Origin: Octopus sinensis
Lineage: Eukaryota
Assembly: GCF_006345805.1 (NCBI RefSeq)
Contig: NC_043000.1
Coordinates: forward strand, 103,416,001 to 103,480,000
Direction of reading: 5' to 3'
DNA length: 64,000 nt
In this document: piece after piece, positions 1 to 14,175 of the stretch
Layout of the letters: each line of letters begins with the position of its first letter
Position numbering within the stretch: position 1 is the first letter of the stretch
Notes under the pieces: generated by a model
The model's input: only the letters and a program-made list of their open reading frames with translations
Told to the model about the DNA's origin: nothing
Database searches by the model: none
Position numbers and translations under genes: made by a program

Positions 1-52
1 GTGAAAAAAGAGAAAGCAACACCATCAACAACAACAACAACAACATATATTC

Positions 53-127
<75 letters not shown>

Positions 128-2003
128 GATATTATATATATGTATGTACGTATGTGTATATATGTATGTATATATATATATGTATTTATGTATGTGTGTA
201 AATACAGAGAGAGAGAGAGAGAGAAAGCTTATAAATAGACTACTGAACGATCTGTATATGTGTGATGCGCGCGCGTGTGTGTGTGTGTGTTCGTGCGTGC
301 GCGAGTGTGTGCGGGTGTGTTTGAGTGGGTGAATGGTGGTTGTGGCGACGAGTGTTCGCTCTACAATTCTATAAAAGTTAAATAACCCGAATTGAAAACT
401 CTGAAGAAATACATACGTAGATTACATTCTGAAATATATTTCTAAGGTTCATTTTTTTACGGTCCCTGCAATGAATATGTTAGCTGGAACTCAACAATAC
501 TTTTTTACGCGGATGTCGCCCCTGAGTAATTAACCTCAACGTTTGTTGCTTTTGTTTATTTTTTTTATTTTTGTTCAATACGCTCGAATATCCTATCCCA
601 CACATGCACTGTGGCAAGTATGATGAATGCACTACATCGAAACATGTACAGAATTGTTTCTCTTACATACTTTTTTTACCATTTTGTGTTTCATTCAATG
701 GATTGAGGTCATGCTGGAGCACTGCCTTGTAAGGTTAGTCGAACAAATCTACCCCAGTACTTATATTAAGCCCGGTACTTATTCTATTGGGTTGTGTTAA
801 ACTGAACTGGTAAGTTATTGGGACGAAAAGAAACCAACTCCGGTTGTCAAGCGATGTGAGGACAAGCACAAATACAAGGGTCCATACATACTAATATATT
901 TGTATGTGTGTGCACATACACACGCACACACACGCACATTCTTTTATTCTTTCATTCGTTTCTGCCATTTGGCTACTGTCATGCTGGAGCACCGCATTGT
1001 GTGTGTGCATGTGCGTGACCAGCTTCCATGCAGTTTCCGCTTACCAAATGCAATTACGAGCCATTGACTGGTATATTTCGAGAAAACACTTGCTCTATGT
1101 GCAGCGAGGTGGGACTGAACCAGAAATCACGTCGATGCGAAGAGATGATTAAAATATTTTTCTTTGAGTTAATAATATCAGTATTGCTGTGTGTTCATCA
1201 CCACATCAGTACTTCTAATTGATTTCTTTAGCATTACTAAATATGATTTATTTCGTAAAGCTACACAAGTGTGCCTTCGAATTTGTTTCCTCATAACTTT
1301 CAGAAAAATGGTCATCTACATGTTTATCTACAAATACCTTTGAGATAGTGTAGAATAGGATTATATCGGGATTTAATGTCAAAACAAAATGAAGGGCGCG
1401 AGCACATATATTGATACACATCACATATTATCTACAAAATAAAACTGGAAATTTTGAAAATAATTATGCGATGTGTATCAGTATGTATGTGTGCATGCCC
1501 ACTATTTTTTTCTTCACCACAAAAATTCTTATATAATTGTAATCTGCGCCATCTGAAGGTATTTATAGAAAATTTCATTAAATTATACCGATCTTCTGAA
1601 AATTACGAGGAAACAAAATAATTTCGTGCGAATTATTGGAAACTCTTCACACACCTCAGAAAAAGTTTTTAGAGCAAATACTTGTTATGAGGAAACAATA
1701 TCCGATTGGGAGCGGGTACACTTGTGTTATGCCGAATCGTTGACGCTCAACAAATATGTTAACACTGAACTAAGTTCTCAAACGTTACCACTCTTCAGTC
1801 GTCGTTGTTCTGGCTGTCAGTTAAAGATTGAGGAACTACATAGAAGCTCGCTCATTAGCTAAAATTGTTAATCATTTTAAAAACATTGATTAATAAAATA
1901 GTTATAATTAATTCTTTCAGCAAGTCCTGATGAAGTAGACCTATGATCAAAATTATCCCAACCTTCACCATTACGTCTTTTTCTGACAGTGTACATTATC
2001 TAC

Positions 2004-2368
2004 ACTCTTTTACTCTTTTACCTGTTTCAGTCATTTGACTGTGGCCATGCTGGAGCACCACCTTTAGTCGAACAAATCGACCCCAGGACTTATTCTTTGT
2101 AAGCCTAGTACTTATTCTATCGGCCTCTTTGCCGAACCGTTAAGTTACGGGGGACGTAAACACACCAGCATCAGTTGTCAAGCGATGTTGGAGGGACAAA
2201 CACAGACACGCTTCTTTCAGTTTCCGTCTACCAAATCTACTCACAAGGCTTTGGTCGGCCCGAGGCTATGGTAGAAGACACTTGCCCAAAGTGCCACGCA
2301 GTGGGACTGAACCCGGAACCATGTGGTTGTTAAGCAAGCTACTTACCACACAGTCACTCCTGCGCCTC
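2004..2368 (-). mobile_element. SINE family A (tRNA-derived head, CORE-like ggcaccttgggcaagtgtctt block, (taaaagag)n tail); copy lacking the internal microsatellite
   Basis: Aligns to the copies at 19858, 26296 and 59241. Confidence 0.9.
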
Positions 2369-2797
2369 TAATGTGTCCCCACTTTTTTTTTAGGTGACAG
2401 AATTTGATTTGAGGAAGATTCGATTACAATTTCTAGCAACACGAGCTACCACTCAGAGGTTTTCTTTTCGGTTTGTTGCTTGTACTGCTTTGACAAACTA
2501 ATGTTATGCTTCATAATATTTCAAAGGAAGACTTTGCCAAACGGTTAAAGGTTGTCGCTTCATTTCATTGTAGTGAGTGCAGACACGTGTGACGACTGTC
2601 GGCAGACCAAGACGTAGACAACCGACAAGCCAAAACCACAATCTCTCTTAATTAGTTTAGTAGTCGATTTGCTAGTTGGTTGGTTGGTTGGTTGGGTAGT
2701 GGGTTATTGTCAATTCACTTTCTTCACGACCTGCAAAATTATATAAATATACTTTATAAGTTTATTTATCCCCCATTATTCGAGGATAAATCACTCC

Positions 2798-2851
<54 letters not shown>

Positions 2852-3844
2852 CAGTAGTAGTAGTTGTTGTTGTTGTTGTTTACTGGAAATAATACCAGCA
2901 AATCTAAAGTTCGTGTTTTCAGTTACTCCGTCATAACAGATAGGTTTTGCCTCAGCTCCACGGGCCTCTATTTTACAGGAAGAAAAGAATGGAATGTAGT
3001 GATGATGTATATGCCTCTCGCAAGAGTGTTAACGGTGTCAAAGAAGCGAAATAGCTTCAATTGAGGGACAAAACATCTCACGTACTAAAAAGCACAGATT
3101 TTATCGGTCGACGAAATTTTGTCAGCACCAGTGGATGGTGCTGTTGTATCACGTGATTTCACCGTAAATTGTGATTCATCAACAATAGGTAGCCAAATAC
3201 CGAATACTAGATAGAAAATCAGTCAAACAGATATAGTTTAACACTGTCTAAACAGTCAGTGATGACACGAAAAGCTGGAGAGTGGTGTATCAATTATCTA
3301 TTAGCAACAGTAGCAGCCTTTGTATTAGCTGCCTTTTACCCAAGATCCGCAATTTACGGTGCAATCACAAGATTTAACAGTGCCATCCATGATACTGACG
3401 AAATATCGTCAAACGATATTCTCTATGCTTTTTTGTAGTCTACGCGAGATAATTTTTCGAGGCGTTTACAGCAGTCTACGGCGTTATAAGCAGCACACAC
3501 AAATTAGGTTGGATATGCTTATTGTGTTAATATATTTACTGTAAAGAACTTTAAGCAGTTAATTAGAAATCTATACTCGGTGAAGCAACACAATATTAGT
3601 CAATCACAAACAGTAATAATTTTTAATTATTTTGGCAAGTACAAGAGAAAAAACTTTCACCGGTGAATTCCATGTTTCGCTGACGAAGTCATAATGATAC
3701 CAAAACATGAGTGAAGGTGTCATCCTTAATGAAATTTATTAAAATTATATTAATAAAGATTAATATTGTTTCGTTTTTCTTTCACCATAAAATTTTTTTT
3801 CGGTCTTTTTCAATGTTCCCTATATTTTTGTTGGCATTAATTCA

Positions 3845-4047
3845 ACTATGATAAATAGTTTCAAATTTTGCCACCAGACCAGCAACTTTTGGTGGGAATG
3901 GGTTTAGACGATTACTTTATCGACCGCGAAAGGTTGAAAGGCAAAGTTGATCACGATGGAATTTGAAACCAAAACGTAAAGAGCCGAAAGAAATTCTGCT
4001 AAGAATTTTGTCCGACGCGTTAACGATTCTGGCAGCTCAACACCTTA
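3845..4047 (-). mobile_element. SINE family B, diverged (another at ~4270-4660)
   Basis: gaaaggttgaaaggcaaagttgatc...atttgaaacc...ttaacgattctggcagctc. Confidence 0.7.
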
Positions 4048-6867
4048 ATGATGATAAATAATGGCAAATGTTAAATGTATTGTATTATAAGCAAGGTGGT
4101 CACGTTGATAAGATAGCGGATAACAAACTGACAGGTTCACAATTCGGGTTAGATATTAGTAATTGATTGTATCTATGGCCATGACACACAACTCGTACTA
4201 TTCGTTCTTAAAGACACCTGAAACAATTTTGTTATAAATTAATTGATTTCAAAAATAGACGAAAGACCAGATCAGGACGGAAGTAACTCCAGTACTTGAC
4301 TGTTACTTATTTTATCGACCTCTAAAAGAAAGAACGAAGGCAAGATCAACTTCGATGGGAACTGAACTGAAGAACAGTTCCCATCAATAAATGTCCCAAG
4401 GCATTTTTCTCGGTGCTTTTCCAATTCTGCTTATAATAAATGGTTTAAAAATTGTGACACATGGTCACCAGTTTAAGGGAGGGGTGAAGTCGATTACATC
4501 AACCCCAATGTTCAACTGGTACTTATTTTATCCCCCCACCCCACAAAAGACAAAAGAAAAAAAGAAACAAAAAATTTGAACTCAAACGTAAAGAGCCAAT
4601 AGAAATACTGTATGGCATATTGTCCGACAGGCTAACGGTTCTATCACCTCGTTGCCTTAATTATCCCAATCACAAATAAGTTATAAGTTATTGCCGATTT
4701 TAACACTTCGATGTCGCCGGCACTTGTTTGACAGTGAAAAACGCTGAACATTTCGACGAAGGTAAAGATGTAATCTTGTCAAAAAAGTGTTTATATCTCG
4801 GTTTTCAATTTCCTGCTGCACTCAATAAGTCTCATTAATTTTTATGAAAATGCATGTTTGACAAAACAGCAAAATTTTAAATCGTTTATAATTTATAATT
4901 TAGCTGAATCACTACTAATATCGATTGAATAACAATTTCATTCAAAATGGTGCATTTTCTTGTGGTTGTTTGATTTTTTTCACTTTAGAGGTATGACTCA
5001 TGAAAATACTTTACAAGGTTGAAGCAGAAGCAAAGGTAGAAACTTGATACAGAGTATGTTTGCAAAAATTATTTCCCCAATTGTAATTAAAGTATACATT
5101 GTTTCTTTATCACCCAGTGTCTCGCAGGAAAGTCTGGTTACAATTATTCTGTATTTATGACCGGAAGAACGTCTATACTCTTTCTCTCTCTCACCCTCTC
5201 TCCACACAAATACACACACACAGTCACAGACACACACACACACACAGAGCCATTCAAACCTATCTACTTATCTTTTCTGTATTTAACTACCCATCCATCT
5301 ATCTATCTAGCAAGCCAATCATCTTTCTCTCTCCCTCACTCCCTTTCCCTCTGTCTCTCTCTTTCTTCCTTCCATTCTCTCTCTCTCTCTTCCCACGCTC
5401 TCCCACTCTTTCTCTTTCTCTCTCACCCTCTCTTTCTGTATCCATGTGTGTGTGTGTGCCTCGTCACTTACTGTTTAAAATCGTTTGTGAAAGCTATTAA
5501 GGGGCCCTGTATTATTTACTGCTTCACTTTCTAACAAAATATTTGAAATTTCTTACTGCCATATACTCTTCGAAAGTCTTCCACTCATATCTACCTCACT
5601 TTCTTTTCAATGATAGAACTAGTAACTTCTATCAACTTTTACCATGGATTTTCCTTAATACTTCAACAATGGAAACTGCTAAATGCCATTATCTCTTGCT
5701 AAGGATTTCCTTAATTCTTTGATCATGGAATTACTAACCACTATTATGTTTTACTTTGGACGCTCCCTAGCTCCTCCACGAACAAGTACCTACTAATATC
5801 CCAAGTTAAGGAAAGGATATTCCTTGATTAACGATATTCCTTGTTTCTGTTTCCCCGATGACGAAATAGTTAGCCTGCGTGGAAATATCTACTCGATAAC
5901 ATAGGATCCACACAGCTATTCTAGAAACAGCTGTAAGAGACTTTACCTACTTAATATAACTACTCCGCACTATGTTTCAGTTATAAACTACATACTCTAA
6001 AGTGATACCATATGCTTTGCTTGTTCATTTCCTGTTTCTGAGATACGCACGCACACACACATACATACACAGACATACACACACACATCATACATACACA
6101 CTTGATCGGTTATGATTCTTAGTCAAAACTTAGATTATTCAACTATGCTAAAACAGTGAGATAGTTTAATGTAGTAAAGTGACGATCGCACTAAGAAATA
6201 ATAGGCATGACTCTTGTAAGTTACTGACACCGTACACTCTTCAGATGTGCATGTTATGGATTTAAGTTTAATACTGTTATTCTTTGTATGATCGTCATTT
6301 AACAACAGCAGATACTCGAGCGTGCGCGCACACACAAACACACATATGCTCACACACACACACATACAAAACCGCACAAACACACACATAACTGCTCATG
6401 AATACGTAAGTTAATGTGAATTCAAATATATAAACACTTAGACAATTGCATAATCATATGTACACAAATATACACACGCATGCACAAATGCATGCACATG
6501 CACGCACACACTCAAATACAAGCGTGTGCGCGCGCACACACACACACATATAGAAAGAGGCGCGTGTGCGCAAAGGCACACATGTTTCCGGTAAATATAT
6601 CTTTTGAACGTTTTCAGTTTCCCCGTTATTCACTTCATGTTCTTATATGAGTGGCCACCATTGCTAGAAAGAAAAGTTTTTGATAAACTATATAATTAAT
6701 GCCTCTGTTACATGTCACACTCACTTTCTCTTTTTTTTCCCCCTCTCTTGCTCGCTCTGCTTCTTTTTGACTCCCTCTTTACCTTTTTTTGAATAAATTT
6801 CACCTCCCTTTTTTCATATGTCATCTTGTCTCTCTTTTCTCTCTTCCTAATATTCTTTGCTTAATCT

Positions 6868-7030
6868 AAGGTAGCGAGCTGGTAGGAGTTCAAATTCTGC
6901 CGAAGTCAACTTTTCCTTTCATCCTTTTCGGGGTCGATAAAATAAATACCAGTTGATCACTGGTATCAATGTAATCGACTTACTCTCTCTCACGAAATTA
7001 CTGGTCTTGAGCCAAAAGTTGAAACCTATA
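6868..7030 (+). mobile_element. SINE family B, internally deleted
   Basis: aaggtagcgagctggtag|gagttcaaattctgccgaagtcaac...cttttcggggtcgataaaataaataccag. Confidence 0.8.
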
Positions 7031-8699
7031 TTCATTGCTTAATTACGGAAATATTAATTTGTTACCTATATACAAAACTTCACATTCGATCCGTACATTC
7101 CATCAGTATATTCGATCAAATCAACAGGAGTTTTTAACAGACACTCATTCTATCAAGCCCAGAAAGTTGAAAGCCACAGTTAACTGTAAAGGAATTCGAA
7201 ATCAGAACGTTATTTATTTATTTATTTATTTATTTGTTATTTAATCACTTTTCCTTAACGGAAAATATAAGCTTCAGCTATTTGATATAATCAGATTGGT
7301 TTTTGGTAACCTCCTGTGCCTTGCCCTATATCGAATCCATTTTCGCAGCCCACTTTCAGCTGTTCTATGCCAGATATCCCTAGTCATCCAAGTCTTTCCA
7401 GATGTTCTTTATCTTGAAGCAACTTTTTGTATCTTGATCCGGTCCGTTCTGTGAGCTATGAAATCAGAAATTTCACTCAACAGCAAAATTTTTTTGTCAT
7501 TGAACAGGTTGCAGTTTCGAGCAACGAAAATGGTGACACCGTATAACAAATAAATGTTTAAATTAAGTTGCCAGCCTTTGTGTGTTTCTGAAGGGCTAAC
7601 TTACGTTTTCTACGCTGCATTCGCTTTAGTTTTAGTACGAAATCTCAGATCAAAACACTTGCTTTACAAATACATCTCCATGACTAAATACTGCAAGGCA
7701 TATGGTCTGCCATTCCACGGATTCTACAGATCCACCGCCTTTTTCCCCACATACAGATATCAATGATTATTTTCGAATCAAGTATATATGTAAAAATAAT
7801 AATAACAATAATAATAAAAACAAAGAAGCCTTCACGTCTATGTTTACCATCTTCTTGGCCTCATTATAATTCTGAATGTTCTGTGAAGATCTTTTAATTT
7901 TGAAATATTTGGTAAAATGTAAAACGTTCAATGAACATGTCATGCAATATGATTGGTATTTAATTTATTTGCCCAGAAAGGATGAAGCACTAAATTGATC
8001 TTTATTGGATTTGAACTCTAAACCTAAAGTTATAATTAAATACCCGCAAACGCAAGTCTGATGCTCTAACGATTCTCCGAATTAACCAAAAGAATCGAGG
8101 GGATCATTGATTTGTTAGAATTGAGATGGCAGATCTTCAAATTCCGCCGAGGTCGACTTTGCCTTTCATCCTTTCGGGGTGGATAAATGAAGTACCAGTT
8201 ACGTCCTAGGTCGATCTAATCGGCTGGCCCCCTCCCACAAAAATTTTGGGTCTTGTGCCTAGAGTAGAAAAGAAAAATTGAAATGGCAGACGATAGGTTA
8301 GAAATAGCAGCCAAATCTACGACTGATCACTGAAAAAGACCAAAAAAAAAACATGAACGATATACCCATGGCTGGTAGGACTTTCATTCTTAGCCTATAA
8401 ATTTCATGTTAGCATTTAGCATTTGAATCGGCCATATCCGGCCCAAATATTCTATCTGTTGTATGTTCAAACTGACCGGATCCAAGCTCTCACAGCTACC
8501 CTAGAATGTCATTCTAGAAATAAACAATCACGTTATTGAACTCAATGCCATGATATAATGCATGATTAATTCAAAACCATGTAAACAAATAACCATTACA
8601 CTTGATGGAGTAATCTGAATGCTAAAGGGTTAACAGTCGTTTCCGCTTACATTCACAATATCTCTCTCTTTCTCTCTTTCTTTCTTTCTCTCTCTTTCT

Positions 8700-9228
<529 letters not shown>

Positions 9229-9673
9229 ATAAATGATTGCTTTCACATACATTCTACTCCGCAACTCACTTTACACCGCTTCTCTATCTCTATCTAAGTC
9301 TTGCTAATCGTTCCTTGCTCCTCGCCCTTCGCCCTAGTCTCGCTTCGTAAAGACCTTAAACTCACTATGTTTTTACCGGATCCTTCTACTTCTTTTCATT
9401 CTCCTGCCCTTCGTAACTCACCCGACACCATTTACGTGTGGTCTTTTGTATATGTTATGAACTCTGGGCTGCTCCCTGGCGCCAACACGACTGCCTGATG
9501 AAAATTGACAATATACATGTACATAACGTGTGTGCGCGCGAGCGCGTGTGTATGTGTGTATGTGTGTGTGTGTGTGTGTGTGTAAGATAAGGAGGAGAGA
9601 GAGAGAGACAGAGAGAGAGGAGCGAGAGAAAGGTAATGTAAATATATATTTGTATTGTTTATATAAACATGTA

Positions 9674-9708
<35 letters not shown>

Positions 9709-10086
9709 AGAAAGAGAGACAGAGAGAGAGAGACAGAGAGAGAGAAGAGAGAAGAGAGTAGAGAGAGAGAGAGAAGAGACAGAGATACACACTCATACAT
9801 ACATGCACAGACACACATACACACACACATATATATATGTTTGTATATGTGTATATATATATATATACACACACAAACATACATCACATACACACACATA
9901 CATATTTATGTATACCTATGAGGTCTTTCAAATGAGTATGTACGCTCCTAAGAAGATAATTCCATGTTGAGGATTTTGATGTAGTATTCCCTCATTAGGG
10001 AGTTTCATTAAGACAGGTATAAAAACTGTCCATTCTTCGACACAGTTGTCCGTCCCAGGCACTTTTATAACCTTTATAATCAATAT

Positions 10087-10180
10087 TTCGACTGTACATA
10101 TTCTAAAATTGGAACGATACAGAGAAAATTAGCATGGCCCCTGCGCAAGAATGTCATGCAAATTCGTGAAGCGTTCCACA
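10087..10180 (+). pseudogene. U6 snRNA retropseudogene
   Basis: ttcgactgtacatattctaaaattggaacgatacagagaaaattagcatggcccctgcgcaagaatgtcatgcaaattcgtgaagcgttccaca aligns to U6, including the ACAGAGA box (10119-10125) and AGC triad. Several substitutions; no terminal U tract. Confidence 0.95.
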
Positions 10181-10554
10181 CCAGCGGTGCTCCAGCATGG
10201 TCACAGCCTTAAGGTTGACAAATGTAAAAGAATAAAAGAATAAAAGAATACTGAGTGCCTCCTAGATTGGAGATGTATCTTACGTCGTGCTTAAAACATA
10301 CAGAGCTTATGAAGTTGAGAAACATCTTCGTCTCCTCTTTGGAATATCACTCTATAGTCATTTCTTTTTGGTGCTGATGTTTGTTTAACCCTAAGTCAGC
10401 CTTCATAGAGCAGAAATATCGTGAAAGAGTGAAGATCATCAATATTTTTCATAATGTTATCAAATACCTACAATTTGATGGAAATTTGGCTTTTATTTCT
10501 AGCAGAAAAGGAGGTTCTTTTTGTTGGAGCGTCCTACAGCAGATTTTATTCTTT

Positions 10555-10800
10555 TATTCTTTCTCTTGTTTCAGACATTTGACTGTGTCCATGCTGGAAC
10601 ACAGCCTCAAACAGTCTTAGTCGAAGAAATCGGCCTCAGGGTTTATTCTTTGTAAGCGTAGCACTTATTCTATCGGTCTCTTTTGCATAATCGCAAAGTT
10701 ACGAGGACGTAAACATACCAGCATCGGTTGTCAAGCGATGATGGGGAGACAAACACAGATACAAAGACACATAAACACGCATATACATATATATATGTGT

Positions 10801-10880
<80 letters not shown>

Positions 10881-10925
10881 ATAGGACGGGCTTCTTTCAG
10901 TTACCGTCTACCAAATCCACTCACA
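10555..10925 (-). mobile_element. SINE family A, 5'-truncated
   Basis: 3' domain, internal (TG)n and part of the 5' half. Confidence 0.85.
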
Positions 10926-11530
10926 ATTATTCAAAGTTATCATAAATATTAAATCTGGGCATCACTGCAGAGCTTGTATGGCTTGATAGCAAGTACCATG
11001 TTTTCCGTACTTTAGGTGCCTGTAGGTCGCCAGTAGACATAGGTATCTCCTCCACCTCTCATTCTTGACGCAGGAGACTGGCCTCCAAAATATGACAACA
11101 AGAGTGACAGATGATACACCAGTTCCCAGTCTAAGAATTGAACCTTCGACACCATGACCGTAAGCTGAACACCCTAACAACTAGGCCATGAGCCTTCATA
11201 ATTTCCCTAGAGTGGTTATACTTCACATTTCATATGCTTATTTACTGCTTGGTTGGTTTTTTTGTTGTTGTGGTGGTTGTTGGTGTTGTTGATGGTGATG
11301 ATGATGTACTTATTTAACCCCTACGTCAAAACTGCCTGAGAAAACATTTGATGAAATGCGTTCTATCTCATCCTGTGGCTTTGTATCCCTAGAACTACAT
11401 TAACAAACGTGTCCTGCCTTTTTTAAGTAACTCCAATTGCGATCCTCTTCTGCAGGATATCTAAAACTATTTTTATCTACAGACTCCTTGGCTCATTTAA
11501 GACGGCAGTGTGATTTATTTGAGAGAGAGA

Positions 11531-11725
11531 TTTGGCTTATATTCATTTCAAATTTTGGCACAAGGCCAGCAATTTCGGGGGAAGGGGTGATTAACCGGTA
11601 CTTATTTTATCATCGACGTCGAAAAGATGACAGGTAAAGACGACTTAGGAGGAATTTGAGCTCAGAACATAAAGACGGACGAAATGCCGTTAAGCCTGCT
11701 AATGATGCCGACAGCTTGCCACCTT
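11531..11725 (-). mobile_element. SINE family B, diverged
   Basis: Reverse complement aligns to the family B head and core. Confidence 0.75.
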
Positions 11726-12386
11726 AGATTTGGCTCATACTGACATTAGTTCAAACGATTTCGTTCAATTCCTTGCTTGTTTGCTTCTAGGTCTAGACTC
11801 CGAATGAGAGGGGAACAATATTCAAAATGAAATAATGTCGCGTCAGTAACGCGATACGAATCGTTAACTCTACCAAATCGATAAGTGAACACCATGACGA
11901 ATTGATCAAATGTAAATATCACTCACTGTCCTCTGGTTTTCAAGGTCCATTATGTAATAACTCACGTTGCAACAGTGCGATTTACTGCCGCCGACGCCTC
12001 GTATTTAAAATGAATGAAAACGATAATACAATAGGGTTGCCTGACGCTAGTCTACCCTTGGATGAGTCGACTGTCTATCACTATATCAACAAAATATGTT
12101 CAGAGTTTAATTTTAGTTTCGATACGCATATTACTGTATAGAAGCTCATATTCACAATGAATTTAAGTTATGGTGCTAAGCAGTTACGCTATTTATGATT
12201 GAAATTAGGTTCTATTTTGATAAAGATGTTAGATCACGTCATACACTGGCTTTCAATGGAAATATGACAGTATTTATATATAAGGTGTGAGCTTTCTGGA
12301 TCATTGAGGCGTTAAATTAAGTGTTACGAGGTGTTTTAGCTAAATATATCTCACTTGAGTAAAATAGAACATTTATGTGTAACTAT

Positions 12387-12426
<40 letters not shown>

Positions 12427-12643
12427 AACTATATATGTATAACTATATATATATTAGTTATACGCACATGCATACACAACACATATACACACACACATAT
12501 ATAATACTATATGTATTTATAGTTTTATATATATATATATTACGTAACATATATTTATGTCTATATATGTATATAAATATTTATCTATCTATCATCTCTA
12601 TCATCTCTATTATCTATCTAGCTAGTTAGCTATATATAGATAT

Positions 12644-12678
<35 letters not shown>

Positions 12679-12989
12679 TGCTCGCTCGCTCACTCCCCCC
12701 CCCAACACACACACACTCACATAGTTTTCATGATGTCTTGTCTCATATAAATGTTTTTGATATTTGTTACGAAAGGTAAAACAATGCAATTGATAAAAAA
12801 TAAAACAGGTTGATAGTTTTACCGGGTATTTTGATATTTCAGGGTTACTACCCCTCAGGAAATCTTTGGGGAAAAGCTGTAATTCGATGATTTCTCTGTC
12901 CTGCAGTGTTTGTGTATGAAGGGTTGATAATCGTCGCCAATCTAACCAGTCGATCACTTGTTAACTCTAATCTGTTATTAACACGTAGG

Positions 12990-13945
12990 TGTATTTCTTA
13001 ATTAAAAGAACTTTTATTCTCAAGTTCCCAGTCTTTCTTTTTATAGCTTTAATGGAAACCAGGATGTCTTAGGTGTAGCAGTTCTGTACGACTAGATTCT
13101 TTTTGACAGAAGAAATATTAGCATAGAGGTGTCCTTTAATCCGTATATGTAAATGCCTGGTGGTATTTCCAATGGAGAATTTTCATTTGCTACACGTGAT
13201 TTTATACACCACGCAGGGCCGCAGACATATATTTTTACTTTTGACCAGGCAGTTGGGCAGGGTATATATGATATTGTTTTGTCCCGGATTGTTTTTAGCC
13301 AGGACTCTCCCCAGGGACGTGCAAAATGTATCAGTGGTATATTCAGTCCTTCCCTACAGATTGCACGGCGGATTGCAACAACTGTGCTTTTATTAAAATG
13401 TGGAAGTTTCAAAAACTACATTGTCCTTGGTTGTGTGGATTTTGTTATGTGGTCTAGTGATGTCCAAGCGTTTAGTGAAAGAATATGGATAACCACATAG
13501 CAACCTTTACTGTGTATCCGATGAATCTCATTTCTAATGTGAGCCTTCTTAACTCTGATGGGCAGGGATGAATTATAATGTACAAATATACCGCTGCACA
13601 TCCCTTTTCTGTTAAGGTTCTGTGAAAATAGACCCGTTGTGTGTGATTTTGCATTCAAAATCAAACAGCGATAAGGAAACGGTGTTATCGGGGTACTCCA
13701 CTTCAAATTTTATATGTCCATTAATATTTGTGAATATATTGTATATATATCGTGAGACGATGTTAATATGAGAATGTCGTCGATATATCTGGCGAAAAAG
13801 GAACCGAAGTGACAGCTGTTGAATGCCCTTCATTCTAACCGGTTTGTGTATGTGATGGCTAGTAAGCCTGACAAACTTGATACCCTCGGCAGTCCAGAGA
13901 TTAGTTTGTAAATGGATCCTTCGAAATGGAAGATGTTGTGTAAGT
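12990..13945 (-). mobile_element. Decayed Penelope-like element (RT core, thumb and GIY-YIG remnant), Penelope/Poseidon-like
   Basis: Minus-strand translation gives NIFHFEGSIYKLISGLP, FARYIDDILI, NINGHIKFEVEY, HYNSSLPIRVKKAHIRNEIHRI and VVYKITCSK*KFSIGNTTRHLHIRIKGH, with stops and frameshifts. Confidence 0.85.
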
Positions 13946-13984
13946 ATATATTTATATTAGTTACGTATCTATGAGTAGAATTGT

Positions 13985-14175
13985 TAACGCATTGGACAAA
14001 TGTTTAGCGGTATTTCTTCTGACTCTTAATATCCTGAGTTCAAATTCTGAGTTCAAATTTACACTTCATCCCTTTGGGGTCGATAAAATAAAGTACTAGT
14101 CCAGTACTGGGATCAATGTAATCGACTGACCCCTTTCCCCAAAAATTGTTGGAGCTGTCTCAATATTAGAAAGAA
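13985..14175 (+). mobile_element. SINE family B, diverged
   Basis: gagttcaaattctg...catccctttggggtcgataaaataaagtactag. Confidence 0.7.

Noticed and set aside
1921-1960. CTGATGA followed by agacctatgatc
   Set aside because: No GAAA or closing stems; it matches a common non-ribozyme repeat fragment.
2965-3065. Acceptor-like ctctattttacag followed by unique sequence
   Set aside because: Stops in all frames and no good donor.
3677-3716. HHR-like ttcg-ctgacga-...-caaaacatgagtgaa
   Set aside because: Needs at least three repairs (GAAA, stem III, cleavage site). Probably a decayed HHR, but not supportable as functional.
5846-5905. HHR-like ccgatga...ctactcgataacatagga
   Set aside because: Core and GAAA are both degenerate.
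7270-7790. Unique-looking segment, possible TE coding remnant
   Set aside because: No motif could be assigned in any frame.
9490-9525. CTGATGA near an acatgt palindrome
   Set aside because: No GAAA and no stem I partner.
11790-11900. Strong acceptor (ttgcttgtttgcttctag)
   Set aside because: All three downstream frames hit stops within 15 codons and there is no clear donor.
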